This document shows, in pieces, positions 51,774-64,000 of a stretch of 64,000 bases of DNA. A program made the translations under genes and the position numbers. Each line of letters opens with the position of its first letter. The stretch's first letter is position 1. The stretch is taken from positions 1 through 64,000 of the forward strand of contig JAAILG010000429.1 of the NCBI GenBank assembly GCA_012026655.1, written 5' to 3'. The DNA is from Hydrolagus affinis. Its lineage: Eukaryota. Under the pieces are notes generated by a model. The model did no database searches. It saw only the letters and a list, made by a program, of their open reading frames with translations, and had not been told where the DNA came from.

Positions 51774-52759
51774 ACAGCAGACATCACAGTATTCCAATGT
51801 TAAATAAACAGCATCATTATACCACAATGCGATACAACTCGGAACTTCATTAACAGCAGCATCTTCTTCACTTTCTTTGCACCAACTATAGCACACCCAC
51901 TACAAAATCTAGAATTTTTTTAAAAAAGGAATCACTACTCATATTTAAGTGTCAGCCAAGAATGCAGTTAAAGGAGTCATTAAACCATGCAGTTCTGTTT
52001 AACAATTCAAACTTTCCTCTAGCATTGACAAAAGCGCCCAAATCAGGCTGGCTGAAACACTGCCTTGCCATACACCCATCACCCAGCAGAAGGGAGGACA
52101 ATCCTGGTCAGTCAAATGTAGGTTTATGAAATGAGCAGAAAGAAGCATTTTAACTGGACTTTTAAATGTTAACTACAGTGGCAAGAAATGGGGTAGGGTA
52201 GCAGAGTGAGGGCAATAGAACAAATATAAGTACTGTAATGCTCACTGATAGATATGTAGTAAGTTTCTATGAAGGTAAAAAAATCAATGTTTTTTTTTAC
52301 AAATAATTTTTTTCTTCTACGGAATGAAAATTACAGACTAAAACCCATTCAATCCCCAGAAACTCTGCATTTTAGACCAGAATATGCTGAGGCATTGGTC
52401 AGATGCCAGCTACTGATAAAAAGTCAGTGATAGCACGCTCATCAATCAACAACAACAAATCTACATTTGTATAGGGCCTTTCACGTCGGAATGACGTTCC
52501 AAAGCAGTTAGTGTTTTGATTATCAGTGTTTCCCAATGAAATGGGAATCTGCATATTTTCTTTATTGGATGACAACCTGAAGCTAACAACCAACATTTAA
52601 CAATAGCAACTGAATAATCTGCACTTTAAACAGAACAACAACAACAACAAATTACATTTATAGAGCGCCTTTCACGTCGGGAGGACGTCCCAAGGCGCTG
52701 AAACAAAGGAGAAAACATCCTCAACTTTGATAGCTAACAACTGAATTAAACTGCCTCAT

Positions 52760-52913
52760 GAATTAAGGTATTTGGGGAAGACGGGTTTGCAGGATTATGG
52801 GGAGAAAGCTGGTGATTGGGGTTAATGAAAGTGACTTGTCGGTCACAGAGCCGGCACAGACTCGATGGGCCGAATGGCCTCCTTCTGTGCCATAACATTC
52901 TATGATTCTATGA
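52760..52913 (+). mobile_element. CR1 3' end; a similar copy lies at ~34870-35030
   Basis: GATGGGCCGAATGGCCTCCTTCTGTGCC...ATTCTATGATTCTATGA. Confidence 0.8.
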
Positions 52914-53660
52914 AGACAGCTGGCAACATGAAGGCGATCTATTATTCAGAACAGCTTGCCTTGGTTGGGAGCCACTTTCTTGGCCAGAAGGTTAGATTGA
53001 AAGCCAATCCAGAATAGAGACTTAAACATGAACGATATATCAGTTGACTACCCCCACCCCCAGCCCCACTCTCTTCCCTTATAAGGCATTTTGCCCACAA
53101 AATATACAGTCACTAGACTTTATAGTGTATCATGTGAAGTGCTTTGAGATGTCTCAGTTGGGAAAAGGAAAAAAGAAACTGAAATAAGACAACGCCATCA
53201 AGCTCTGTGCAGGTCAAAATGTATTTTCAATGACAATTGCAAAGGAATACCTGGCCCTCTTTCAAAGTGCAGATTGCAAAGGAGTGAACCCACCCAACCA
53301 TATAATAATCGTAATAATAATCCTTGCATTTGATATAGCACCTTACCACATCTTCGAGACATCGCAAAGTACCTCATGGGATACACTGTAAAGCATAGTG
53401 ATTATATTGTGGGGGTCAAACTCTTTTTTTTAAAACAGAAGAGACGGGGTCAACCAATATATCCTTCGTGTTTAAGATGCATGATTACAGTTAAAAGGAG
53501 CTGTCTTTCGCAATCAAAATATTGCTATTGTAGATGAAAAGATTCTCAAAGACTCAGAAATTAAGATGCAGATTTACTATTGCTAATTCCAGATATTCTA
53601 TCCGCACCTTCACAACCAGCTCAGTGAAACTGGTACAATATCTATAACTGCACATAGATT

Positions 53661-53969
53661 AATAATAATCCTTGTATTTGATATAGCGCTTTTCAGTTTT
53701 AGATGTCTCAAAGCGCTTCACAGAATATACTGTAAAGTGAATTGACTATATATTTGTGAGAGAATCGCAGCAGCCAATTGCACACAGCAGGGTCCCACAA
53801 ACAGCCGTGGATTGAAATGGCCAACTATATTATTTTTTAAAAAAAAATTAGTGTTATTAGGCGTGTGGAGTAAGGAAACTTGCCCAAGGTTTCTCCCTGA
53901 CCTGCCTGGATTTGAATACAGGTCTCACGCTTGAAAGGCGAGTGCTCTAACCACTAAGCTACAGGACTC
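53661..53969 (-). mobile_element. Near full-length copy of the same SINE family
   Basis: Reverse complement of head, core and tail. Further copies at ~3318-3680(-), 9965-10125(+), 11350-11580(-), 12186-12480(+), 14300-14425(+), 15240-15410(+), 16515-16645(+), 17057-17327(-), 32031-32336(-), 41198-41460(-) and 56862-57138(-). Confidence 0.85.
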
Positions 53970-54304
53970 AATTGTTCACTGTCTGGATCGTGGGCTCACT
54001 GTGTTTTGTTTTCAGTGAACATAAACAAGTTTAAAACACCTAAGACACCCATTTTAGCAGCTTCCTAGAAAGTAATGAAATCTGACTTTTGGGAAAAGAC
54101 CACATTTGCTAATTACTGTGGCACTTCATACCAGCAACCTGCTTGCTCTTCTCAGATTTCCACCCAATTTAATCTTTGGAAAGAATAGCATTGATAAATG
54201 ACTGATATTCTAATACGAAATGTGCATTTGGACAGCTGTCCAAAGTCTACAGTGCATTTGGCCAAGTGAGAAAAGATTACAGGGGTTGATTCTGGGCTTA
54301 TAAA

Positions 54305-55050
54305 TCATAGATTTATAAGCCCAGAAGGAGGCCATTCAGCCCATCGTTCTGTACCGGCATTTTTAAAAGAGCTGTCCAAATCAATCCCACTCCCATGCTC
54401 TCTCCTCATAGCCCTGCAAACTTGTCCTCCCCAAATAATCATCTACTTCTCTCTTAAATTTGTTATCGAATCGGCTTTCACCACCCTTTTAGGCAATGCA
54501 TTCCAGATCCGAACTCACTGCGTGAAAACATTTCTTCTCACCACTCCTTTGTTTCTTTTAACAACTATTTTAAATTGGTGTCCTTGGTAACCGACCCATT
54601 CGCCAGTTTCTCTTCGTTCACTCTATCGAATTCCCTCATCATTTTGAAAACTTCTATTAAGTCTCCTCTTAACCATCTCTGCTCCAAGAACAATTATCCT
54701 AGCATCTCTAGCCTCACTTGAAAAATGAAGTCCCTCATTTCTGGCACCTAGTAAATCTCATTTGCACCCTCTACAATGCGTTGACATCCATTCTGAAGTG
54801 TTGCATTCAGAACTGAACACAGTACTCTAGCTGAGACCAAACCAGTATTTTAGAAAGGTTCATCTTAACTTACTGACTTTTGCATTATATGCCCCTACCT
54901 GTCCTGCCACCTTCAAAGACTTACTTATATGAACACCAAGATCTCTCTGTTCCTTCACCCCATTTAAGATTATACCATTTAGCTTATATTGCCTCTCCTC
55001 ATTCTTTCTCCCAAAAGGCATCACTTGGCATTTCTCCACATTAAACTTCG
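54305..55050 (-). mobile_element. CR1-clade LINE 3' fragment (~750 bp)
   Basis: Reverse complement of the CR1 3' end (AGAAGGAGGCCATTCAGCCCATC) plus decayed ORF2 sequence. Confidence 0.85.
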
Positions 55051-55052
55051 TC

Positions 55053-55093
55053 TGAGTTCTGACGAAGGGTCATGGACCTGAAACGTTGACTCA
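55053..55093 (+). ncRNA. Minimal type I hammerhead ribozyme (Penelope-associated), core intact
   Basis: UGAGUU-CUGACGA-AGGGUC-AUG-GACCU-GAAA-CG-UU-GACUCA. Both core boxes are present, with helix I UGAGUU/GACUCA, helix II GGGUC/GACCU and a palindromic AACGUU minimal helix III. Confidence 0.75.
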
Positions 55094-55200
55094 CTTTCCT
55101 TTCTCCATAGACACTGCCTGACCTGCTGAGTGTTCCCAATGACTCCTGTTTTTGTTTCAAACTGGATTTCGCAGTTTTCGCAATATACATCAGCCTTCAG
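55053..55200 (+). mobile_element. Penelope-like element pseudo-LTR remnant
   Basis: Hammerhead followed by ...CTCCATAGACACTGCCTGACCTGCTGAG...TGTTTTTGTTTCA, homologous to the insertion at 11858-12063. Confidence 0.65.
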
Positions 55201-58139
55201 CTAAGTGTAGATCTGTGCAGCCCCTTGATCAGGAGGGTGCCAATTGGGAAAGCTGTTCAGAGTAATAGTAGCTTTCAGGCTGTCAGCTGTCTGAGGTACA
55301 AAGAACTTCCAAGCATCATCATTACACCAACTCTGCTGCAGCAATGCATAACAGTCACACGACAGGATCTCACTTACAATCACCCTGATCTCACTCAAAA
55401 CCATAAAAGACCATAAATGAGGGCAACTTAACAAAAAACAAACTTTTATAACATCTTTCACATTGGTAGGACATCCCAAGGCCCTGGACAATCAGTGTTT
55501 CGGATCTGAACTGGGGCCTGGGATCGGGAAGGATGAGGTGGAGGGGAATGGCAATTTACTAGGCTCACACACCACGTGTTCAGCGCCTTGAAATGTCCTC
55601 CCAACATGAAATTTGTTATCTCTTCTATCAGCACATATTTAAAATCATTATGTGAGAGGGAAGACATATATTTATACAAAGAATAAAAATAATCATAACA
55701 AAAATTCTAAATCCTAAATATACTGTAAACTTACTATCAAAAGCCTCTCTTTATAACAAACATCCCTTTGTGCTGCAAGAACTTGTTTGTGAAACCCTGA
55801 TAGAAACTACACCACTGACCTAATCAGACCAGAATTTCACTGTTATCATCGCTACTCCCCTTCTCCTTAGTGGACTGTTCCACCAATGAGTTCACAAGTC
55901 GAATCTCAGCCATGTCCTCCTCCTCCCCCACTCCCCCCCACCAATTATCCAGGATCCAGTAAAACAATTCAGTGAATAAAATGAATAACAATTTTGATAA
56001 TTGTGAATGATGGTTGGATTTAGATTTTGGACATAGATATAAAATCTAATAGCAGAAAGTATGCTGCTAATTTGAACAAATCGCTTCAATTTGTGAGTCC
56101 AACTCACACTGTACAGCTGCTTACAAATCAACAATTACTCAATGCTGCCAGTAACTGAAATCAGAAAAGAGACATTACCTATCAGATGGTAACCTTTAAA
56201 AGTAACTCAACAAGCATGATAGAGCATTAAGTTAAAAAAAATTAAAGTTTCTTTTTGAAATAACTACAAAATCTGAAACAACGATTATAAGAATATATTA
56301 CAACAAAACAAATTACACTTTTTAGGGCGCCTTTCATGTCGGGAGGACATCCACCCAATGTGCTATACAAATGCAATTTGTTGTTGAATATTTATCTGCT
56401 CAGCACTCCCCCAAAAACCTTTCTGCAGATTAAATGCATAAGGTGCTACCTTTTATTGCCTAATCCACCCAATATTTTCAGTTGACACATAATGTAAGGA
56501 AGATGCAATGTTTATACTATTCACAGGATACTGTTTTACAAAACATTGTGCATGTATCCTCCTGACAAGCCCTCTACACATAAAAGCTAGGTGGCAGTCA
56601 GAAAGTTAAGGCCAAAAGGAAATTAAAGATGAAGATGAATGCAAAATACATGAACGATTAGTGACTTCGGAGATTTATGACTAGAAAAGACATAAGCAAT
56701 ATGGTGTGACAAAACTATTTTGACATTAGCAAAGCACAGGTGCAAGAAGGAAACTCAAATAAGTTAGGAAATCCTCAAAAATCGATGAACTGCCTCAGAG
56801 CATGGAGGGAAACAAGCAAGGAGACGATGGTGTTTATTTTGAGGATATCAACAAAACTGAGAATAATAATAATCCATGCATTTGATATAAAGCTTTTCAC
56901 GTCTTCTAGACGCCTCAAAGCGCTTCACAGAATATGCTGCAAACTGAATTGACTGTATATTTGTGGGCGAAACATGGCAGCCAATTGCACACAGCAGTGT
57001 CCCACAAACAGTCGTGGATTGAAATTGCCAATTTCTTTTTTTTTTTAAAAGGGATTATTATTAGGTGTGTGGAGTAAGGAAACTTGCCCAAGGTTTCCCC
57101 CTGCCTGGAATTGAACCGAGGACTGAGCTACAGGTCTCCAGTACAAGAAGTATATCTTGTAAAGTACTTTGAGATGTACTCCTGACAAGAAAGGCGCTAT
57201 ATTAAGTCAATTTAAATAAATACCTTATTTATTTATTAATTATGTTTAGTTCCTCTCCTGCTGCAAAATTCATAAAAATACATATTTTAATAGTAAATTT
57301 AATAATAAACCTACTCAATTTTCTTTATGAAATATAATATATTGCAGAGTGAGTTGAAGGTCCAAATGAATGGAAGCAAGCAAATGTTACTGTATTCAAG
57401 AAAGGGGAGCAAGCTCTAACCTGGCAACTGTAGACCAAATAGGCCAATTGGAAAATTAACTGAATTAACGGTGTGAAGCAGCAAAATGGAAGTCAGCTAT
57501 ATGAACATAATGCAACAAATGACAGCCAACATAATTTCAGGAAGGGTAGATCTTGACTGACCAATCTCAGACATTTTGGGAGTGAGAAGTGAGAGTTCTA
57601 CAGAAAAAAATCTTTTCAAAACTAATTAAGTGGGGTATCGCAGGCAAGATTTGTTAAAATGGATTAGCAACTAGTTAAGTGAAAGAAATCACACGTTAGA
57701 AGCAAAGGGAGTATAATAATAATAATCATCCTTACATTTTGTAATGCACATATAAAGTTCAGTATTGCATTGGTGATTCCCATCCCACCAAGAAAGAAAA
57801 ATCAAGAGGAGGAAATCAATCCCTTGGTGTGGTATCCTTTAATAATGCATAAAATCAGCAGATAAAATTGCAATGGATGGAGACGTGTGTTTGTGTGGGG
57901 GGAGGAGGAAGCTAAAACAACACATATTTATAGAGCACTTTTCACGTCGGGAGGTCATCCCAAGGGGCATATTTTGGTGTCCAACTTGTGCAAAAGGATC
58001 AAAGGGGGAGGTTTTAAAATCAAGTAGGGCTTTAAAAGCCAATGCAGCCAGCTTGAAATCATCCATTGTAACGAGCCCTCCCCGCTCCCCTCCATTAAAC
58101 GGTCCGCCAATGCTCCATCCACAGTGAAGGTTGTGGGCA

Positions 58140-58730
58140 ACAGCCGCTGTCAGATCACCTGCCGGAAAAAGGCGGCTCCCGTCCCGTCCCTACCCAGGCT
58201 GTCTGTCTGTCTGTCCGTCTTGCAATACAAGAATAACTGCGGCCACAGCCCTGCATCGCCTCCTCTCCCCCCCCACACACACCTCACACCCGCGGGCAAG
58301 GTGCCCCCGTCCGTCCCGTCCCCACCCCCACCGCCGCGGCAACGGCACCACAAGCCCGAGGCCCACAAAGAGTCGGCATAAAGGCCCCTCACCCTCTCCC
58401 CGGCTCCTGAGCGCGAGTCCCGAGGCTGGTCTGGGCCCCGGCCTGAAGGGCGTCCGCCAGGCCGGCTCCCGCTCCCCCCACAACCCCCAGGCGAACATGG
58501 CGGCCCCGGGCCCACCGCTCACCTTTGAATTTCAGCTCGTTGGGCGGCTCGAGGACGAGGACCTGCTCCTGCGGGGCCATGGCTGTGTGGGGGGCTGAGG
58601 GCGGGAGGCGGCGGCGGGGAGGGGGGTCAGGGTGAGCGGTGGCGGTGGCAGCTCCCTCACTCACTCACAGCGGCGCGCGCAACCCGCCTGACGTCAGCAC
58701 CACTGCAGCGCTCTCCCCTCCCACACCCCC
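58140..58730 (-). promoter_or_regulatory. VAPB CpG-island promoter with full CRE (TGACGTCA, 58689-58696) and YY1-like site (~58494-58505)
   Basis: CpG-rich region around exon 1 containing a palindromic CRE and AACATGGCGGCC. Confidence 0.8.
58523..58580 (-). CDS. VAPB: VAPB coding exon 1 (MAPQEQVLVLEPPNELKFK-G)
   Basis: gccATGG Kozak context, 58 nt, G|GTGAGC phase-1 donor. Total CDS is 735 nt (244 aa). Confidence 0.96.
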
Positions 58731-58734
58731 CCCC

Positions 58735-59050
58735 ACTGTCACACTCACTGTCACACTCTCCCGCTGTCACACTCACTCCCTCTCACTGTCACACTCACTC
58801 TCACCCTCCCTCTCACTGTCTCACTCACCCTCCCTCTCATTGTCTCACTCACTCTCACCCTCCCTCTCACTGTCACCCTCCCTCTCACTGTCACACTCAC
58901 TCTCACCCTCCCTCTCACTGTCACACTCACTCTCACCCTCCCTCTCACTGTCACACTCTCACCCTCACTGTCACACTCGCTGTCACCCTCCCAGACTCTC
59001 ACTGTCACACTCGCTGTCACCCTCCCAGACTCTCACTGTCACACTCACTA
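58735..59050. repeat. Minisatellite with ~30-bp unit TCACACTCACTCTCACCCTCCCTCTCACTG immediately upstream of the VAPB promoter
   Basis: Visible tandem array; it accounts for the SLSLSHSLSP and RGRVRVSVTV ORFs. Confidence 0.9.
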
Positions 59051-61279
59051 TCAACAACAATAAAATTACATTTGTATAGCACCTTTCACACCGTGAAGAT
59101 ATCCCAAGGCATCCTGCCTCACTGTATCACTGTCACATTCACCCTCCCTGCCTCTGTCACCTTCCCTCGCTCCACGTTACCCACTTTCTCATTATCGCTG
59201 CCACATTCAAATACTCTGATCCAATCCTTCAGCCTAACGTAATCATTCATTCTGTCTTTCGACCACCACCAACACAAATACACTCATTCTTACTCCTCCA
59301 CTCTCATACTCATTCACCCTCACTCATTTCGACACTCATTCAGCATACTTTTTGGCTACCGAGGAGCCCACAAATTTATTATTTATACAGTACTGTATAT
59401 TATTCATGGAGGCATTATTACTACTGGAAAGTAATCTACCGATTTGACTATCAACTAGTTTCCTACTTACTGCAAGGTAAACAGAGATTTGTGGAGCAAG
59501 GAAACTTGACTACAATATGGCCAAGAATCAAACTCAGGGCCTCTTGCTTACTTATGGGCCTCCAGTCTAAGTATATTTGAATGGCCTGTATCTGTGCTGT
59601 ATTATGTGTTTCAATTGACATGATAGGACACAGAATCACTCGCGACATGCCTCAATAGGACACAGAAATATGAATGTAACAGATGGAGGTCAAAGATCTA
59701 ATGACATTATTCAAAAAAGGGAGTTTTTCTTGGCATCCTGGCCATGAATCCTTCAGATAGATTACTCCAACACTTCATTGTTGTTTGTTGGTCCTTGGTA
59801 GTGTGAAAATTGGAAATTGTATATGCCTACAAATACAGTGACTACATTGCCTGTGAAGCATATTCAGACATTTTGATATTCCTGAAACTGTACCAAATGG
59901 AAAGATTTGTTCTAGGAATGAATTTCTTACCGTAAAAAAGGCAGAAATTGATTTGTTGCTTAATTGTATATTCATATTCCTCTCTGTCTATGTATACATA
60001 CACATCATTTTGTATAGTGTGTGCAGTCTAACCTTCACATAAATCATCACTATATCCCACAGGGATTAATGTACCTATAGAAAGGCTTGGTTAACACATA
60101 AAGAATGCTCTTTTAGATGAGGCGCTGGAGAGCTGCCAATGCCTTTTTCAACCTGTATCACAGCCAAAGTCACTCGTTGCCTTTGGGAAGGAATGAGTAG
60201 AGAAATTGAGATCAGTCATGATTGTTCACCAGTGGAAGAACTGATCATGGTGGATTGTAAGATGCTTTTAATTCCACGTAAACTCCCAGACTTGGGAGTT
60301 GCTTGTAAATAGGAAATGACAAACTGGTAATGTTCAACAAGAGGTCAGGTAATGACTTCTTGATGTAACCTACTTACAGAAAAGGAAAATTTACAGGTTC
60401 TGGAAGGCAGTCATTGTCCTACCTTTACCAAGCATGCTCAGCTGAGGCCCCCTTCTGGCACATCTTACAACTTCTCTCTGCTTGTACCCTCCTCTCTTAA
60501 AAAGTGCCACTCTTTTCACTGGGGACAATATTTGCTCCCATCTGCAAGTGACCATTATTCACGTGAATGTAGTCAGTGAGCATTGGTGACTGACTGAACT
60601 GCAAGGAGTATACTAGATGTTACACAACATTACATTTATAGAGTGCCTTTCACGTCGGGAGGACGCAGATCTATTTATGGAAGCTCAACTCCTAGACTCG
60701 GGAGATCACCTAGAGTTCTGTGAGCAGGGCTGACGTATGTCTGGATACCACAATTCAATATTTAAATTCTTTGGTGAATATAGCGCAATACTGTATTTTA
60801 AACCCCCAAAATGGTGATCCTCATTGGATGGACATCTTGTATCTGCTCTGAAAGAGTGTTGCTTTGGGAAATTAAGTTAAATTATGTGAAGAAGCATCAA
60901 AGCTAGTGAGATGACACCGTGCTGTTTTCACAATTATTTGTCCTAGGGCCAGGCACTTTAACAATCTCCTCAACCTTCTCTTCTCCAGGTTTTTAAAAAC
61001 AATCTGTAATTCTGGATTCTATTTGTCCCAACTTATTTTTCTTCCCATTCCCCGAGGCCATTTCTTTGCTGAAGGAAGAACCTGAGCTCTGACTGATGAG
61101 GACTGGGTAGTCGGCGAGAGCAACACACTGTCTGATTTTGCCCCTTTCCCACTGGGACACAACTCTCCATTTAACGCTACTATAACAATCAGCTCACCTC
61201 CTTGTCCTCAACTCACACCTCAAATTACAAGCTGCGTACATGTTAGTGTCACTGCTTGAGATGTCATCTACTACTACTA

Positions 61280-62500
61280 CTACAGAAAAGTGAAGATTTA
61301 TTAAAATACTTTAATTAATGTTTCGTTGCTAAGAGCAATATACTTTTGAAGCCTTTTCTTCCTCAGCTGCATTGTTACCATTGATTGAGGTAGCAAATCA
61401 GTTCACAAATTAAAAGGCAAAAGCAAATCAACCCAAATCAAATAAACTTCCTGGACATACACTTGAGGAAATATTTGAAGCTGTTCTTCAGTTCTCATAT
61501 TTCACACAGAATATGGCAATGCCACCCTTTCAACCAGTGCTGGGGGTAAGTCCCAGTGAATCATAGAATGGCTTTTTCACAACTTGAATTTTTTTTTGAC
61601 CATTGTAGACACTGAGCAAGCCACACCATCATCTGTAAACCAAAATGCATCGAGTTTTATTAATAAACTGCATACAACGTTTGCGCATTCAAAAGTACAT
61701 CATGGACTGGTGTAGTGATTTAGCAATTATTAGGTAAACAATAAAAAAATGCATATTTAGCAACACACTTAAATAAATTTGTGTTGATGTGGGTACTCTT
61801 GTCTGCTTGCTTGCTATGAATGCGCTCTACATGTCAGTACTACATGTTTTTAATACAGTTAACACAGTTTTCTGGCATTAGAGTAACAAATATACTGTTT
61901 AACAAGTCACTTCTGTTTGGGACCAGCCCAAGTTTAAGACCATGTGGCCATTCATTCCTTTTGTTCACACAAGCTTGGCTAAAACATTATTTTTTAAAAA
62001 GGGTTTATTAAACTAATATTTAGACAATATCTCATGCAAAGCAAAAAAATTATAAGTTTTGGAAACATTAGCATAAGACTAATGGGCATGTTAAACATTC
62101 AGTTGCCAGATTTCTTTGCCTTATAGGCCAGTATGTGTGGTGACGTGCTGCACTGCAGTTAGCATCCACAACTCCTTGCAACTCCACCGGCCTTGAAACC
62201 GGTCAGGATATTCAAGCTCGGCTGCTATCTGGTGAACTTGGGCAACAATTTAATTTCAGCATTGGATAATTTTGTTCCAGAATTTTAAAATAAAATGAGA
62301 TCAGTAAACAAGCTCCCAAGCACAATAACTCGGGAACAATCAAACTGCTTTGTTAACTGAAGTGTTACAAAATAAACCTCTTAAGCAATTTTTTTCAGAA
62401 ACACAAGCCTCAGACCAGTGCTGCCTTTACTATTAAGTATGCTCATTTTGCTCCTGTGCAGGTCAAGTAATGTACAGTACTAATATTTATTGATTTAATC
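61280..62500 (-). other. Probable 3' UTR end of the next - strand gene (RAB22A expected by synteny)
   Basis: AT-rich, repeat-poor stretch with minus-strand AATAAA at 61297-61302 and 61656-61661 and U/GU-rich downstream sequence. No coding exon was securely identified. Confidence 0.4.
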
Positions 62501-64000
62501 GGGCTTTTTAAGAGGCAAGTCTTTCAAAGGGGTTTCTTTCTTTTCATTGGGTTTGTGGATGATTTGGCACTTGTTTTTTTTAAAAAAAAGCTATTGAGGG
62601 GCAAGTTAGAGCAGGTCAAGTTGGGCTCTTTCACTACTCGTAGTGGTGAGCTATAGAAGGGCACTAACAAATACCCAGAGCAGGGAACATGTGGTGCACA
62701 TGGTTTGGAGAGATGACCTATCCCAATACACAACAACAAGATTACATTTTTATAGCAGCTTTCATGCCGGGAGGTCGTCCCAAGGTGTGGTAGTCAGTGT
62801 TTCGGATCCCAGCTGGGGTCGGGAAGTGTGGAGGGAAGGAGGGTGATCAACGGCACAGTCGAAGAGGAGGGTCTTGAGGCGGGACATGAAGGAGGCTACG
62901 GAGGGGAATTGTATTCCTTCACCACAATAAAATGACATTTTCCTCAGTAACCAACCATAGAAAGACACTAATGAACATGTGGGACTAGGTTATCTTTCTT
63001 GGGGACACCTCAAGTCAGCAAATAAGAGTATGGACCGAACATGTGCATTTAGACTGGATTCTGAGAATCTCAGTAAGGGGATAAGATAAAAAGAGATTAT
63101 GCTGGAAACACACAGCTCAACCAGCACCTCAAAGAGAAAAACATGATATTGGGGCATAATAACGTTCATCAGCTAGGATTGTGCTGGAGGAACCTTGATA
63201 CAAAAAAAATAAAAACATTCAAATCCATTATCTGTATTCACAAAGAAGCAACTACATTCTTATGCATCCACACCACAATGGATGAACGCATCCATCATGA
63301 TTTAACAACACTGCTGCATTTCTTTTATAAAATGTCAAACTACGTGAACTCTGACCATTTTGATTCAAGTACAGTAAGGGATCATTTTAGAAATTTGAGC
63401 AATTTAAAAATGATGAAACAAAAAGTAGTGATACAAATATTTGCTTCACATAATTGGGTCCCAGTTTTTAACCAAAATGGTAACTAACGACAGGGCATTT
63501 TAAAATGTTTTTAGTGTTCAATAAAATCAACTCTGTGCATATATGAGGGATGGGGAAAAATTAAGTAGGGTGGAGGATCATGTGGAGTACAAAGACCCCA
63601 ATCGACTAGTTGGACTGAATGGCGTGTTCCCCTATCGATTCCCCAATTATGGCCAGTTATCTCCATGGAGACGACCAATCATAAAAAGTGCTGCTTCCCT
63701 TTTCTTCTACCTCTTTTTGTAATAAATGAAAAAAGGCAATGGATGGAACTGATTATGTATTGCTAACTCAGCAATGCTCCACTGTATCAGGATCTGAAAC
63801 GCCTCGATACAATGTCAGACTGTGGAGCTTGACTGATCACAGCCAGACTTTCCTGTCACAAGCTCATTCTCAGGATATAGTATTACTCTGTGTGTTACCT
63901 TCACTGCATGAGTCAATCCCAATGTTGAAGATTGGCTTAAATCTATGGGGTGAGCAACTGAAAGTTTTAAGGTGATTTGCTGAAGGACACAAGCCTACTT

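Noticed and set aside
58735-59050. CRISPR-like array
   Set aside because: Tandem units with no unique spacers, in a vertebrate genome with no cas genes.
58124-59079. Pro/Gly/Ser-rich ORFs around VAPB exon 1
   Set aside because: CpG-island and minisatellite artefacts.
61085-61125. CTGATGAG-GACT-GGGT-AGTC hammerhead-like motif
   Set aside because: No GAAA follows the stem and there is no helix I/III complementarity.
63739-64000. Possible coding exon at the right edge
   Set aside because: Short open frames on both strands have no recognisable similarity to RAB22A or any other protein.

Overview
Eukaryotic (vertebrate) genomic DNA, so most entries in the ORF track are artefacts and the real genes are spliced. 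The repeat content (L2 and CR1 LINE 3' ends, tRNA-headed SINEs with L2-type tails, Deu-domain SINEs, Penelope-like remnants) suggests a cartilaginous fish, possibly a holocephalan; that is an inference. Three genes reconstruct exon by exon with canonical GT-AG sites and consistent phases. STX16 (- strand, first three coding exons including the 12-nt ELDE microexon) runs off the left edge. APCDD1L (+ strand, 4 coding exons, 507 aa) and VAPB (- strand, 6 coding exons, 244 aa) are complete. Gene order and orientation match human 20q13.32. The right end probably holds the 3' UTR of the next - strand gene (RAB22A by synteny, unconfirmed). The most notable observations are: (1) a minimal Penelope-type hammerhead ribozyme with an intact core in VAPB intron 1, plus a copy inactivated by CpG decay in APCDD1L intron 1; (2) a cluster of candidate cassette/micro-exons (69, 62 or 102, 27 and 7 nt) in VAPB intron 4, three of which are phase-compatible together; (3) a duplicated hairpin arm that could loop out APCDD1L exon 3; (4) several long fold-back structures. 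I found no clearly novel protein-coding system.
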